Positions 7,937 to 17,767 of a DNA stretch of 54,528 nt are shown here, piece after piece. The translations under genes were made by a program, and so were the position numbers. The stretch covers positions 1-54,528 of the forward strand of contig JBCDLA010000004.1 of the NCBI GenBank assembly GCA_038745945.1, given 5' to 3'. This DNA comes from Cyanobacteria bacterium P01_H01_bin.74. GTDB lineage: Bacteria; Cyanobacteriota; Vampirovibrionia; Vampirovibrionales; Vampirovibrionaceae. A model generated the notes under the pieces. It had not been told where the DNA came from. It made no database searches and saw nothing but the letters and a program-made list of their open reading frames with translations. Numbering within the stretch: position 1 is the first letter of the stretch; each line of letters opens with the position of its first letter.

Positions 7937-9565
7937 CTAAGAAACCCTCCAAGAGGTAGCCGATTGTGCTTGGTAAGTAGCAGGCGGATACAACAAAGCT
8001 GGCGTATAACCGTTGGCTCTCAGAACAGAGGGTCTTGCTGGTAAAAGTGGCATTGATTTTAATGGTTGCTGCAAGAATGCACCAGCAGCACCAGGACTGG
8101 GATAGCAATAAAGAGGCGGCTGTGCGGTGAAAGCTGGCGGGCTATAAAGGGCCTGAACAGACTTCACTTGTTCATCAGGACTTGTTTGTGGGATATTATT
8201 GCACTGTTCTGGTGGGGCATGCTTTTTTGTATTGTGCTTTGCTTTCGTGGGTGTTGGAATCCCTTCGCCTGGGAAAAATATTTTTCCGCCATACTTATGA
8301 CGGGTATACCAATTGTTAAAGAATACCAGTGAACCTGATGTGGCAAGTGTAATTAAAATAGGCAACCATGTGTAAAGCCCTTTGGCCTTTTTTGCGGCAG
8401 CCACAAGCCCCAGCGATTTTTTGATCAGTAAACCTTGATCTTCACCGGAGTAGAGCTTGTCTGCAATGGCCGTCTTCCACTGTTTGGAATTAAGCTTGTG
8501 ATGACTAACAGCATAAGCAGTCCGGTCGACAAACTGAGTGAGAAAATGATGCAATTCCGTTAAAATACTTATACGCCCCTTGCTTTTACTGGTTCCAGCA
8601 TCAGTAATTAAATTGACAGTACTGGTCATCCCACTTTGATGGGCCAGATAATCTAGCTGGTTTGAGAGATTCTGAATAACAGAGGGTTGTTTTGCTTTTG
8701 ATTGCAGTTGCGATAAGCTGAGTTGAAGGCGTCGGACAATAAATTCTTCTGACTCTGGATCAACGGGTTGACCGGTGGTTTTTTGAAAAGCTTCTTGAAC
8801 CTTACAATCTAAGCTATACGCATTGTCGTGGTATATTTTCGCCAACCTGTTGCGGGCACTGCGCGAGAATTTACCCCAGCCAGCATTTTTTAACGTCTGA
8901 TGTACCGCATCAAAGTGCTTGGATGCCATTGTCTCATCAGAATGAGTGAGGCCTTGGCGCAAAATTTCAGCGGCATTGTCCTCAAGAGGTTTATCTACTT
9001 GCAAAAAAGTTTGCTTCAATAAAGCACGCTGCTCTTCGGGAAAGTCTTTTAGAACCTGAATACTGTGTAAGCGAGTATTTAAACTGCTTTGGATGTCTGT
9101 TGACTGCATTCCAGAAAGAACAGTGTCAATAAACTCTTTTCTGGCCGCAGCGGGGCTATTACTTTGAGCAAGAATATTTTTGTAAACGGCTGAAAAGACA
9201 TCCAGGTTACTGGCCTCAACAAAAGCTTGGGCTGGGATCCCTTTAGGATTTAACTTGTTGACAGAGCGCCCTGCAAGTTTCATCAAGCCACTACTGGCTA
9301 TTCCCATAACAAACATATTGGCCAAAGTACCAAAAACTTCTCTCAGAAATGTTTCCCGCGCATCATCAGGCCCTCGCATCACAGCAGCTTCGGCTGTCCT
9401 CGGAAAAACCATGGCCACCAAATCCAGAATGACGAGTGTCATTGGCCCATCATCAACCAGTGCAGCAGCAAGACTTTTTCCTTGAAACCGGGGGGAGCGT
9501 TGTTGACCTGAAACTTTATTTTCAGGTCTAACAAACCGGGCATTATGAGAAAAAGAGACTTGCAT
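7937..9565 (-). CDS. Hypothetical membrane-associated protein (type A), paralog of 10171-11736
   Basis: 542 aa; DLVAMVFPR...ETFLREV; late TM helix then FPG; Pro/Gln/Tyr-rich tail. Confidence 0.85.
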   Translation of the reverse strand: MQVSFSHNARFVRPENKVSGQQRSPRFQGKSLAAALVDDGPMTLVILDLVAMVFPRTAEAAVMRGPDDARETFLREVFGTLANMFVMGIASSGLMKLAGRSVNKLNPKGIPAQAFVEASNLDVFSAVYKNILAQSNSPAAARKEFIDTVLSGMQSTDIQSSLNTRLHSIQVLKDFPEEQRALLKQTFLQVDKPLEDNAAEILRQGLTHSDETMASKHFDAVHQTLKNAGWGKFSRSARNRLAKIYHDNAYSLDCKVQEAFQKTTGQPVDPESEEFIVRRLQLSLSQLQSKAKQPSVIQNLSNQLDYLAHQSGMTSTVNLITDAGTSKSKGRISILTELHHFLTQFVDRTAYAVSHHKLNSKQWKTAIADKLYSGEDQGLLIKKSLGLVAAAKKAKGLYTWLPILITLATSGSLVFFNNWYTRHKYGGKIFFPGEGIPTPTKAKHNTKKHAPPEQCNNIPQTSPDEQVKSVQALYSPPAFTAQPPLYCYPSPGAAGAFLQQPLKSMPLLPARPSVLRANGYTPALLYPPATYQAQSATSWRVS

Positions 9566-10170
9566 TTATACGTAAAAAATTCTTTTTAAAAACTTTCAAT
9601 GTTATTGAATAACTGGTTAGTACCAGCTTGTGATAAAGTTGAAAACTGCGAAAATGAAAGCTTTTATTCTAAAAGTAATTTTATTATTTTAAAGAGAGTG
9701 CATCACTGAAATACAGCTTTTTTAGCTCAAGCTTTCTTTTTACAAGTAGAGCAAAGGCAAGGCTTTTTCTATTTAAGGCTAAACAGTTTTAAATAGCAAG
9801 TTTTTTGTTTTCAACTGTCTTTTACTTTACAAAATCTTATTGTTTAAAACAAAAAACAGGGCTTATTATTGCATTCTAAATAGGGAATGTCTTCTTATTA
9901 AAAAACAATCAAGAAATTATTTTCAACTGAATTTGCTATTGTAATTCTACTGCCACTGTATTTTAAAACCAATAAATCCCACAAGTGGCCTTATTGTCTC
10001 AGCTTTATAACAAACAATTGTTACAAGCTTTACGTATTTTAAACAATAAGATATACTCGTAGACCCGAAGAATATTCGTTTCAATACGTTACATTGACGC
10101 ACAAAAAGAGATTGACGTTGGTTTAAATGTTTGAACGTTTTATCTGCCCTCAACCAACACTGATAGCTTA

Positions 10171-11736
10171 ATGTCATCCATTTCTCAACCGAATTTACTG
10201 CGTTTTAATCCTATTGCTACGCAATATGGGAAATCATATACGCCTTCAAAAAAACAATCCCTTCAGTTTTCGGGTACTTTAAACCCTTTAAATAAAAAAG
10301 GGGCATTTGAATTTAATAAAGTGCTTATTGGCTTTTTTAAAGGTGTCAGCGAATCTTTTTTGCTTGGATTTTTAGCGCAAGATGTCGTTTCTATGTGGTT
10401 TCCAAGAATTTTCACCTCACTTGCAACCGGCCGTGAAAAACCAGATTCTTCTAAAAAGGACCCTAAATCTAGTAACCAAAACGTTTTTCAAAGAGCTTGG
10501 CAAAAAGTTTCTAAATTTTTTAGCAGTTTTTCTGAATTTGTTAGGAGTTTAAATTGGGAAAATTTTGCCGAAGAGACACGTCGAGAGGTTTGCACAGGAC
10601 CAGGACTTCTATTTATTCCAAGTGTACTTTATTTATTAAACAGAAATTTCGATAATCCATCAGTAGAGTTATCAAATAAAAGTTTAAAGCAACTGGGCGA
10701 AGGATTTTCCGCACACTTAGCCAGCCTGCCGGATAGCCAAATGTTAAACAAAAAAGCCTATGAAACTGAAGTTTCAAGGTATTTAAATGCTATTTTCTGC
10801 GATCCAGGCTTGGACACAGAAACAAAAAAACAGCTGGGTCATATTACCAATCAGTACAGCAAACTGCTTCTAAAACCCAAACAAAATAATGGTCTAAACG
10901 GTTTATTCCGTGATTTCATTGGTTTTTTCCAAAGGCAAGAGAAATTACCCCTTGAAGATGAACTCAATCAGTCACTGAAAGAACTGCTATCAGGCTTTAA
11001 TCAAAAACACAGGGCTGAGCCATATAAATCCTTAAGTGGCGATTTCCAGTTTAGTGATGAAGCCCCTGTTGTAAACCAAAACAAAACCTGGGTTAATTAC
11101 AGGGCGCGTATCACTGATAGCAAACCAGAATTAAAAGATGTTTCAGAGTTGGGTCAAGAAATTCATCGGATGCGGGGGTATTTTGGCAGTGTTTGGAACA
11201 ACGTAAAAAGTGACGTTCACGGCGCCCGTTTGATAGATTTAAAAGAGCAAGCTGCCTATGCTGCAAAAAAAATTACCGTTAAAAAAAGCTTATTAACATT
11301 TTTGGCATGTGCAATGACAACCACATTTTTGACTCGAATGGCATTTTGGGCACAGAAAGGCAACAGTTATCCAGGCACGCGACTTCTTCGTGAAAGCAAA
11401 GCACAAAATAACAAAACAGGAAGTCCAAAGCCACAAACTGAGCAACTGTTAAAATCAGTGGCAACCCCTGATGATTTGAAAATGCTGCAAAAGCCTTTAC
11501 AACCCATAAAAATACCGCAGGTCTCAACGGCGATTGCACCAAAAGGATTGACACCTACACCCGTCAAACCGGTTCCTGCATTACCTGTAATAACAGGTAA
11601 CCTAAGCCCATTCAGCTCATATCCTCAAGCCTATGCTTACCCTGGTATTTCTACTGTGACTCAAGCCAGTGTTCAATCCCCTTTTAATATTCAAGCAATT
11701 CCAAATTTTGAAACAAAAACAAGGGGGGTGAAATAA
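10171..11736 (+). CDS. Hypothetical membrane-associated protein (type A')
   Basis: 521 aa; DVVSMWFPR...EETRREV; late hydrophobic helix then YPG; Pro-rich tail. Confidence 0.85.
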   Translation: MSSISQPNLLRFNPIATQYGKSYTPSKKQSLQFSGTLNPLNKKGAFEFNKVLIGFFKGVSESFLLGFLAQDVVSMWFPRIFTSLATGREKPDSSKKDPKSSNQNVFQRAWQKVSKFFSSFSEFVRSLNWENFAEETRREVCTGPGLLFIPSVLYLLNRNFDNPSVELSNKSLKQLGEGFSAHLASLPDSQMLNKKAYETEVSRYLNAIFCDPGLDTETKKQLGHITNQYSKLLLKPKQNNGLNGLFRDFIGFFQRQEKLPLEDELNQSLKELLSGFNQKHRAEPYKSLSGDFQFSDEAPVVNQNKTWVNYRARITDSKPELKDVSELGQEIHRMRGYFGSVWNNVKSDVHGARLIDLKEQAAYAAKKITVKKSLLTFLACAMTTTFLTRMAFWAQKGNSYPGTRLLRESKAQNNKTGSPKPQTEQLLKSVATPDDLKMLQKPLQPIKIPQVSTAIAPKGLTPTPVKPVPALPVITGNLSPFSSYPQAYAYPGISTVTQASVQSPFNIQAIPNFETKTRGVK

Positions 11737-11738
11737 CA

Positions 11739-12995
11739 ATGGCCATTATCCCCGTAAATCCTGCTAATTCAAGTACTGCATTGATTCCAAAACCGCCAGC
11801 AAGCCCAAATCCACTGGGATATAGACCGATTGATCGTTTAAATGGCATTCCCGATTCTTTAGAAGTGTCTGCAAAGGCCAGTCAAAACCCAGTCGTCAAA
11901 AAAACGAAAAACTTTCTGGCTCATTGGGTCACTGATTTTGACTGGCACAAATTTGTGACTACTGCAAAGCCAGGTGGGCGTTTTAATTATACAATACCCA
12001 CACCATCGGGTGGCGCTTGGCTATTGTTTCTGTATTTGGGAACTGTCCCAGCGCGAGTAATCAGGGCTTATCAGCGCGGTAAAGAGAATGGGGGAGACTA
12101 CCGTGAAATTGGTGACTGCTTGCGGCGCGATATGACTGCTATCACCCTGATACTATTTGCATTAAAGCCGATTATGACTGCTGTGGGCCGAAAAGTTGAA
12201 AAAGCCACAGGAATTCCATTAATTGATCCGAAAACAAAAGAGCTTTACAATTACAGTCAGCTCGAAAAATTTAGAGTTCAAACCCCAGAGGTGCTTTCAG
12301 GTCTCATTCAAGAAGGTAAAGGCGCAGCCTTACTGAAAGCCTTGAAAACATATTCAGTTGACCTATTACCGGACGCTTTAAAGGAACCGTTTAACGTATA
12401 TAAAAGAACGGTTGAAAAAGCTGTTGAACATCAAAGCAAAAACCCTGAAGATAAAATTACTATTAAAGCTATGGCTTTGGAAGCGTTTAACCACCTTGAA
12501 AAAGCAGAAGCGCAACGTGAAGGATTTTTGAAAACAGTCACAAAAGAAAGTCTTCCTGTTGTTAAAAAACAAGCTAAAATTATGGCCGAAGATTTTAAAG
12601 GGGTACTGGCTCGTACATCACAAAGGCATCGACTGCCCAGTGATATTTTTGGGTTTGCTTTCACGGTTTTAATCACAGGACTGCTTCCCGTTGTCTTTAA
12701 TGCGGAATGGAACAAATTCCAATTTGCCCGTGAATCGGCAAAAGCCAAGCAGAAAGAAAAATTACCCCCTTCAGAAGCACTGCAAATGCAGGCGAATGTT
12801 TCACAACAACAAAGTCCTCCTGCAGCCCAGCAAACACCCTCATTTTTACCGGTTACAATTCAACCTGCCCCTTTACCCACTATAAAATCATGGCAGGCCT
12901 ATCCAATAACACAACAGACCAATCCGTTTAAAATGCCACCGTCATCAGCTCAATTAGCTTACAGTCCGTATCAATCTTACCAGTTGATTGGCTAA
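11739..12995 (+). CDS. Hypothetical membrane-associated protein (type B')
   Basis: 418 aa; FLYLGTVPARVIRAYQR...YREIGDCLRRD; late TM helix; P/Q/S/Y tail; 2 nt after the upstream stop. Confidence 0.85.
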   Translation: MAIIPVNPANSSTALIPKPPASPNPLGYRPIDRLNGIPDSLEVSAKASQNPVVKKTKNFLAHWVTDFDWHKFVTTAKPGGRFNYTIPTPSGGAWLLFLYLGTVPARVIRAYQRGKENGGDYREIGDCLRRDMTAITLILFALKPIMTAVGRKVEKATGIPLIDPKTKELYNYSQLEKFRVQTPEVLSGLIQEGKGAALLKALKTYSVDLLPDALKEPFNVYKRTVEKAVEHQSKNPEDKITIKAMALEAFNHLEKAEAQREGFLKTVTKESLPVVKKQAKIMAEDFKGVLARTSQRHRLPSDIFGFAFTVLITGLLPVVFNAEWNKFQFARESAKAKQKEKLPPSEALQMQANVSQQQSPPAAQQTPSFLPVTIQPAPLPTIKSWQAYPITQQTNPFKMPPSSAQLAYSPYQSYQLIG

Positions 12996-13157
12996 AGCTT
13001 TGCGTGTTACCGCATCTTATTGCAATTTATTCACTGAACCACACTTTTCAATAGGATATGTTTGCAGTATTCTTTAAATATTTATCACTTCTTAAGCAAA
13101 CCGCTTAGCTGTTGATTACCTGCTCAAAGCCAAAATTACTTCGGAGGAAATTTCTAC

Positions 13158-13592
13158 GTGGCAAAGAAAGAAATGGCCAAAATCAAACTTGAATTGACTG
13201 CCGGGAAAGCCAATCCTGCACCACCCATTGGTCCTGCACTCGGTCAGCATGGAGTTAACATTATGGGCTTTTGCAAAGAATACAATGCAAAAACAGCCGA
13301 CATGCAAGGCATTATTCCAGTAGAAATAACAGTGTATGAAGATCGGTCATTCACATTTATATTAAAAACCCCACCAACTGCAAAACTAATCTTAAAAGAA
13401 ACTGGCCTGCAAAAAGGTTCGAGCAAGCCCAATAGTGAAAAAAAAGGGGTCTTAACAGAACCAATGATTCGAAAAATAGCAGAAATAAAGTTACCTGATC
13501 TTGGGTTACCAGGTGGTGAGGCTCGGATTGAATCAGCTATGCAGATGGTTCGCGGTACTGCCCGGAGTATGGGGGTAACCTGCGAAAACTAA
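13158..13592 (+). CDS. rplK: 50S ribosomal protein L11
   Basis: [46 protein letters not shown]; GTG start after GGAGG. Confidence 0.99.
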   Translation: MAKKEMAKIKLELTAGKANPAPPIGPALGQHGVNIMGFCKEYNAKTADMQGIIPVEITVYEDRSFTFILKTPPTAKLILKETGLQKGSSKPNSEKKGVLTEPMIRKIAEIKLPDLGLPGGEARIESAMQMVRGTARSMGVTCEN

Positions 13593-13635
13593 AAAACCAA
13601 GTAATACCTTCACATTAATTTATATTATAAAAAAC

Positions 13636-13682
13636 TGGGAGGTTGTTTTATAGAAATACTATCAAAGCAACCATTTGGACCA
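13636..13682 (+). promoter_or_regulatory. Putative L1-binding autoregulatory RNA site between rplK and rplA
   Basis: TGG-GAG-GTTGTTT...AAGCAAC-C-ATTTGGA-CCA: two stems around an asymmetric purine loop, the known L1-site architecture, just upstream of the rplA RBS. Confidence 0.6.
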
Positions 13683-13698
13683 AAGAGGATATTAAACT

Positions 13699-14433
13699 AT
13701 GCCAAAGAAACTGACAAAACGCCAAAGAATTTTTGCTGAAAAATTACAAACTATAGAACAGCCTTTGCTTGCAAAAGAAGGCATCTCAACTCTAAAAAGC
13801 ATGCTTAATGCCGTCTCAAAATTTGAAGAAACCATTGAAGTCCATATCAAGCTTGGCATTAATGTTAAACACGCTGACCAGCAAGTTAGAAGTACTGTAG
13901 TTTTGCCGGAAGGAACAGGAAAAACACAACGCGTTCTTGTCATTACCAAAGGTGAAAAAGTAAAAGAGGCTCAAGAGGCTGGCGCAGATTATTCGGGGTC
14001 AGAAGAAATGGTTGAAAAAATATCAAAAGAAAACTGGTTTGAGTTTGATGTTTTAATAGCATCACCCGATGCAATGGCAATGTTGGGCAAGCTGGGAAAA
14101 GTTCTTGGCCCTAAAGGATTAATGCCCAACCCTAAAACTGGTACAGTGACTACTAACATTGCACAAGCAGTGAAAGATGTGAAAGCAGGGAAAGTGGAAT
14201 TTCGTGCTGACAAACAAGGTATTGTGCATACAGTAATTGGTGTTAAAGGATTTTCTGAAGATCAATTGATTCGTAATTTTTCAACGCTCTATGATGCTAT
14301 TTTACGTGCAAAGCCCTCTGCGGCAAAAGGGAGCTATATTAAGTCCGTTTACCTGACATCGACCATGGGGCCAAGCATTCAGTTGGATGTTAGTAAACTC
14401 AATGCAGAAATAAAAAATTATTTGGCAGCTTAA
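13699..14433 (+). CDS. rplA: 50S ribosomal protein L1
   Basis: KFEETIEVHIKLG, DQQVRSTVVLPEGTGK, LGPKGLMPNPKTGTVT, STMGP. Confidence 0.99.
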   Translation: MPKKLTKRQRIFAEKLQTIEQPLLAKEGISTLKSMLNAVSKFEETIEVHIKLGINVKHADQQVRSTVVLPEGTGKTQRVLVITKGEKVKEAQEAGADYSGSEEMVEKISKENWFEFDVLIASPDAMAMLGKLGKVLGPKGLMPNPKTGTVTTNIAQAVKDVKAGKVEFRADKQGIVHTVIGVKGFSEDQLIRNFSTLYDAILRAKPSAAKGSYIKSVYLTSTMGPSIQLDVSKLNAEIKNYLAA

Positions 14434-14450
14434 TATTAAAGTATTCAAAG

Positions 14451-14484
14451 AAAAAAAGAGTGGTAACTTTACCACTCTTTTTTT
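14451..14484. terminator. Bidirectional intrinsic terminator between convergent rplA and pyrH
   Basis: AAAAAAAGAGTGGTAA-CT-TTACCACTCTTTTTTT perfect inverted repeat with A and T tracts. Confidence 0.9.
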
Positions 14485-14512
14485 ATATTTTATTGTTTAG
14501 TTGCTAACGCGT

Positions 14513-15316
14513 TTATTCAGCTTTACGCGGTCCAATATAAGTGCCAATGGTTTCACCTTCCAGAATTTTTGAAATCACCCGTTCTTTATTGAAATCAAAA
14601 ACCAGAATGGGCATTTGTGTTTCTTTGCACAAAGTTATTGCGGTTTGATCCATCACTTTAAGATCCCGCATGAGGACCTCATCATAGGTTAATGCGGAAA
14701 ACTTTGTCGCATCTGGGTTTAATTTGGGGTCTTTATCATACACCCCATCTACCCCGTTTTTGGCCATCATAATAACATCAGCACCAATTTCAGCAGCACG
14801 CAGTGCAGAGGTCGTATCGGTTGAAAAGAATGGATTCCCCGTCCCCCCAGCAAAAATAACCACACGGCCTTTTTCAAGATGACGGACAGCCCGCAAGCGG
14901 ATGTAGGGCTCTGCAATACGATCCATGCCAATTGCACTCATCACCCGGACAGGAACTTCTTTTGATTTCAGTGTTTCTTGAAGGATTAAAGCATTCATTA
15001 TTGTGGCCAGCATTCCAACATAATCTGCAGCAGCACGATCCATGCCAAGTTTCGTGGCATTTTGAACCCCTCTGAAAATATTACCCCCACCTACAACCAC
15101 AGCAATGCTGCAACCCAGGCTTGCAACACGCCGAATTTCATCACCAACCAAGCTAATTACATCAGATTTGATTCCGTAACCTTGATCGCCCATCAAAGCT
15201 TCACCGCTGATTTTTAACAAAATACGGTCGTAGCAAATCGGATGCTTTGAGGCTGACGGTTGGATAAGGGAATGGTTCAAATTGGTTTCTACACTGTCAA
15301 TAGAAGAAGTGGGCAT
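14513..15316 (-). CDS. pyrH: UMP kinase
   Basis: RILLKISGEALMG, VVGGGNIFRG, DYVGMLATIMN, GTGNPFFSTDT, LKVMD. Confidence 0.99.
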   Translation of the reverse strand: MPTSSIDSVETNLNHSLIQPSASKHPICYDRILLKISGEALMGDQGYGIKSDVISLVGDEIRRVASLGCSIAVVVGGGNIFRGVQNATKLGMDRAAADYVGMLATIMNALILQETLKSKEVPVRVMSAIGMDRIAEPYIRLRAVRHLEKGRVVIFAGGTGNPFFSTDTTSALRAAEIGADVIMMAKNGVDGVYDKDPKLNPDATKFSALTYDEVLMRDLKVMDQTAITLCKETQMPILVFDFNKERVISKILEGETIGTYIGPRKAE

Positions 15317-15401
15317 AAAATAGTACTCAAAATTTCAATTTAAAGAACGGTTTTGTTAAATATTAAACAAGATTTGGAAATTTTAAAGGCCAAAAGAATT
15401 T

Positions 15402-16337
15402 CTACTGCCCAATCGCCGCAGCCACTTCAGCCGCAAAATTGCTTTCTTCTTTTTCAATGCCTTCGCCGAGTGCATAACGGCTAAATGCTTTAACAGTCAA
15501 GGGGGTTTCAAGGATCTTTGAAGCCTCTTTTAGAATATCAAGCACTGACTTGGCGGGATCTTTAATAAATGGCTGCTCCATCAGACACCGTTGCCCAAGA
15601 ATTTTACTCACGCGGCCATCAACAATCTTCCGGCGGATGTCTTCCGGTTTATTGGCCAAGTCATCTTTGCCCATCTCAACCCGGGTTTCTTCTTCAATAA
15701 CATCAGAGGAAATATCGTCGCGGCTGATAAAATCCGGGGAAGCACTGGCTACTTGCATGGCAAGATCTTTAAGCAATTTTAAAAATAAATCGCTATTGGC
15801 TGATATTTCATTCTCAGCGGCAATCTGAATAAGTACCCCAACTCTGCCACCCGTGTGAATGTAAGCATGCACACCGCCTGGGGTATCACATTGGAAAACT
15901 GAAAAGCGGCGAATGGTGATGTTTTCTTTAATGGAGGCAATTTTATCAGTAATAAAATCTTTTACGGTCTTACCGCTTAGGTGCATTGATGGTTGCATCA
16001 GAAAGACGTCAACCGATTCAGGGGTTGATGACAAAATCTCATCTGCCACCTGATGAGACAACGCCAGAAAGGCATCGCCTTTGGCGACAAAATCGGTTTC
16101 ACAATTGATTTCAACCAAAACACCCATTTTTTTATCATCTGAAATGGCAGCAACCACTTGACCCTCAGCGGCCACACGACCACTTTTCTTTTCTGCTGTG
16201 GCAATGCCTTTTTGACGCAAGAGCTCAGCAGCTTTTTCCATGTCACCGTCAGCTTCAACCAACGCTTTTTTTGCATCCATCATTCCTGCACCAGTGGATT
16301 CGCGCAGTTCTTTGACTTGAGAAGCAGTTACGCTCAT
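15402..16337 (-). CDS. tsf: Elongation factor Ts
   Basis: VKELRESTGAGMMDAKKAL, EINCETDFVAK, YIHTGGRVGV. Confidence 0.99.
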   Translation of the reverse strand: MSVTASQVKELRESTGAGMMDAKKALVEADGDMEKAAELLRQKGIATAEKKSGRVAAEGQVVAAISDDKKMGVLVEINCETDFVAKGDAFLALSHQVADEILSSTPESVDVFLMQPSMHLSGKTVKDFITDKIASIKENITIRRFSVFQCDTPGGVHAYIHTGGRVGVLIQIAAENEISANSDLFLKLLKDLAMQVASASPDFISRDDISSDVIEEETRVEMGKDDLANKPEDIRRKIVDGRVSKILGQRCLMEQPFIKDPAKSVLDILKEASKILETPLTVKAFSRYALGEGIEKEESNFAAEVAAAIGQ

Positions 16338-16435
16338 AGTTTGTATCCTTGTTATTAATCGAGTTGATTTAAATCCGGGTTGTTTTAATCTTACTTGTTT
16401 TATTTTTATGGGGGATGCGTGCTTAGGATCACCGT

Positions 16436-16472
16436 AAAAAGAAAATGACAGGGGGCGCCTGTCATTCTTTTT
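16436..16472 (-). terminator. Terminator/attenuator-like hairpin between rpsB and tsf
   Basis: AATGACAGG/CCTGTCATT 9-bp stem (16444-16466) followed by a T tract on the minus strand. Confidence 0.7.
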
Positions 16473-16474
16473 AA

Positions 16475-17398
16475 CTATTCAGGTTGTTGCACACCAGCAT
16501 GAGAAGGCTCATTGTTTGGGTTAGCGCTGGAACTGGGGTTCGTGTTCTTTGAATCTGGTTCAGCATGATTCTGGGGTTGAGGATTTTTTTCTTCCGCAAC
16601 AATGGCCTCAGCTTGGGCACCTTCTGATTGAGGAGCAGGCGAAGCCGCAACACCAACTGGTTGTTTAAATGTTGCTAAATTGGACCCTTCTAAGCGATCC
16701 GCCCGACTTTGTTCCCGAATGGCATGGCCCTCCAGAATGGCATCGGCCAGCTTTTGGGTAATCAACCGAATTGACCGGGTGGCATCGTCATTGCCTGGAA
16801 TTGGAAAGTCAATTTTCTCAGGATCACTGTTTGTATCAAGAATGGCAATGGTCTTAACGCCCGAAATGGCTGCCTCATCAACGGCAATAAACTCTCGGCG
16901 CTGATCGATGACAAAAATGATATCTGGCATGCCCCGCATTGCTTTAATACCGCCCAATGAGCGGTCTAGTTTTGTTAACAGCCGCTTTAGAGCTGCGGCC
17001 TCTTTTTTTCCGATACGGTCAAAATGCCCGTTGTCCCGCATATCTTCCAATTCGCGTAATTTGTTAATTCTGGCGCGAATGGTTTCAAAGTTGGTCAGTG
17101 TACCGCCCAACCAGCGTTTGTTAATGTAAAATGCTTTACACCGCTGTGACTCTTCCTGAACAATATCACTGGCCTGGCGTTTTGTTCCCACAAAAACAAT
17201 TTTTTTGCCCTGGGCTGCTGCATTTTTCACAAAATTGCAGGCATCATCGAGCAATTGACACGTTTTTGTCAAATCAATGATGTAAATTCCGTTTCGCTTG
17301 CCCCAGATAAACGGCTTCATTTTTGGATTCCAGCGATGCACTTGATGACCAAAGTGAACCCCAGCTTCTAACAGTTCTTCGAGTGAAGCGGTGGACAT
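16475..17398 (-). CDS. rpsB: 30S ribosomal protein S2 with low-complexity C-terminal extension
   Basis: LLEAGVHFGHQ, WNPKM, FVGTKRQA, RWLGGTLTN, PIPGNDD. Confidence 0.99.
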   Translation of the reverse strand: MSTASLEELLEAGVHFGHQVHRWNPKMKPFIWGKRNGIYIIDLTKTCQLLDDACNFVKNAAAQGKKIVFVGTKRQASDIVQEESQRCKAFYINKRWLGGTLTNFETIRARINKLRELEDMRDNGHFDRIGKKEAAALKRLLTKLDRSLGGIKAMRGMPDIIFVIDQRREFIAVDEAAISGVKTIAILDTNSDPEKIDFPIPGNDDATRSIRLITQKLADAILEGHAIREQSRADRLEGSNLATFKQPVGVAASPAPQSEGAQAEAIVAEEKNPQPQNHAEPDSKNTNPSSSANPNNEPSHAGVQQPE

Positions 17399-17767
17399 AA
17401 AAATTGTTCTCCTTTAAAAAAACACCACGTGGGTGGCACAGATACTACAGTTAAACTAAGAAGCAACGATAACAAAAACGAATCAAAAGCATTCAATTTA
17501 GTCGTTACTTTGTAACAATTTTATTCAAATAAATTAATTCACAAAAAAGATTACGACGCTTTTTGGAAGTGATTCTGTGAAACATTTCGTAAAAGTTTTT
17601 TTTATTTTATCGCCTAAATGGCGCCAAACAAGTCTCTTTTTCGGTTGATTTCACACCAGTGGTAAAAAAACACCGTTGAAATTGAATGCCAGAATCAGAA
17701 GCAATAAACAAAAAATGGGGCTCAAAAAATCATCACTTCAAGAAAAAGCTAAAAAAGCTGAGGTCAT

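Noticed and set aside
9947-10177. 76-aa minus-strand ORF in the spacer of the divergent module
   Set aside because: Overlaps the start of 10171, has no RBS or motif, and lies in a probable promoter region
17640-17700. S2 (rpsB) autoregulatory leader, from CGGTG...AACCG on the minus strand
   Set aside because: Weak flanking stem and about 240 nt from the start codon; cannot be supported without a covariance model search
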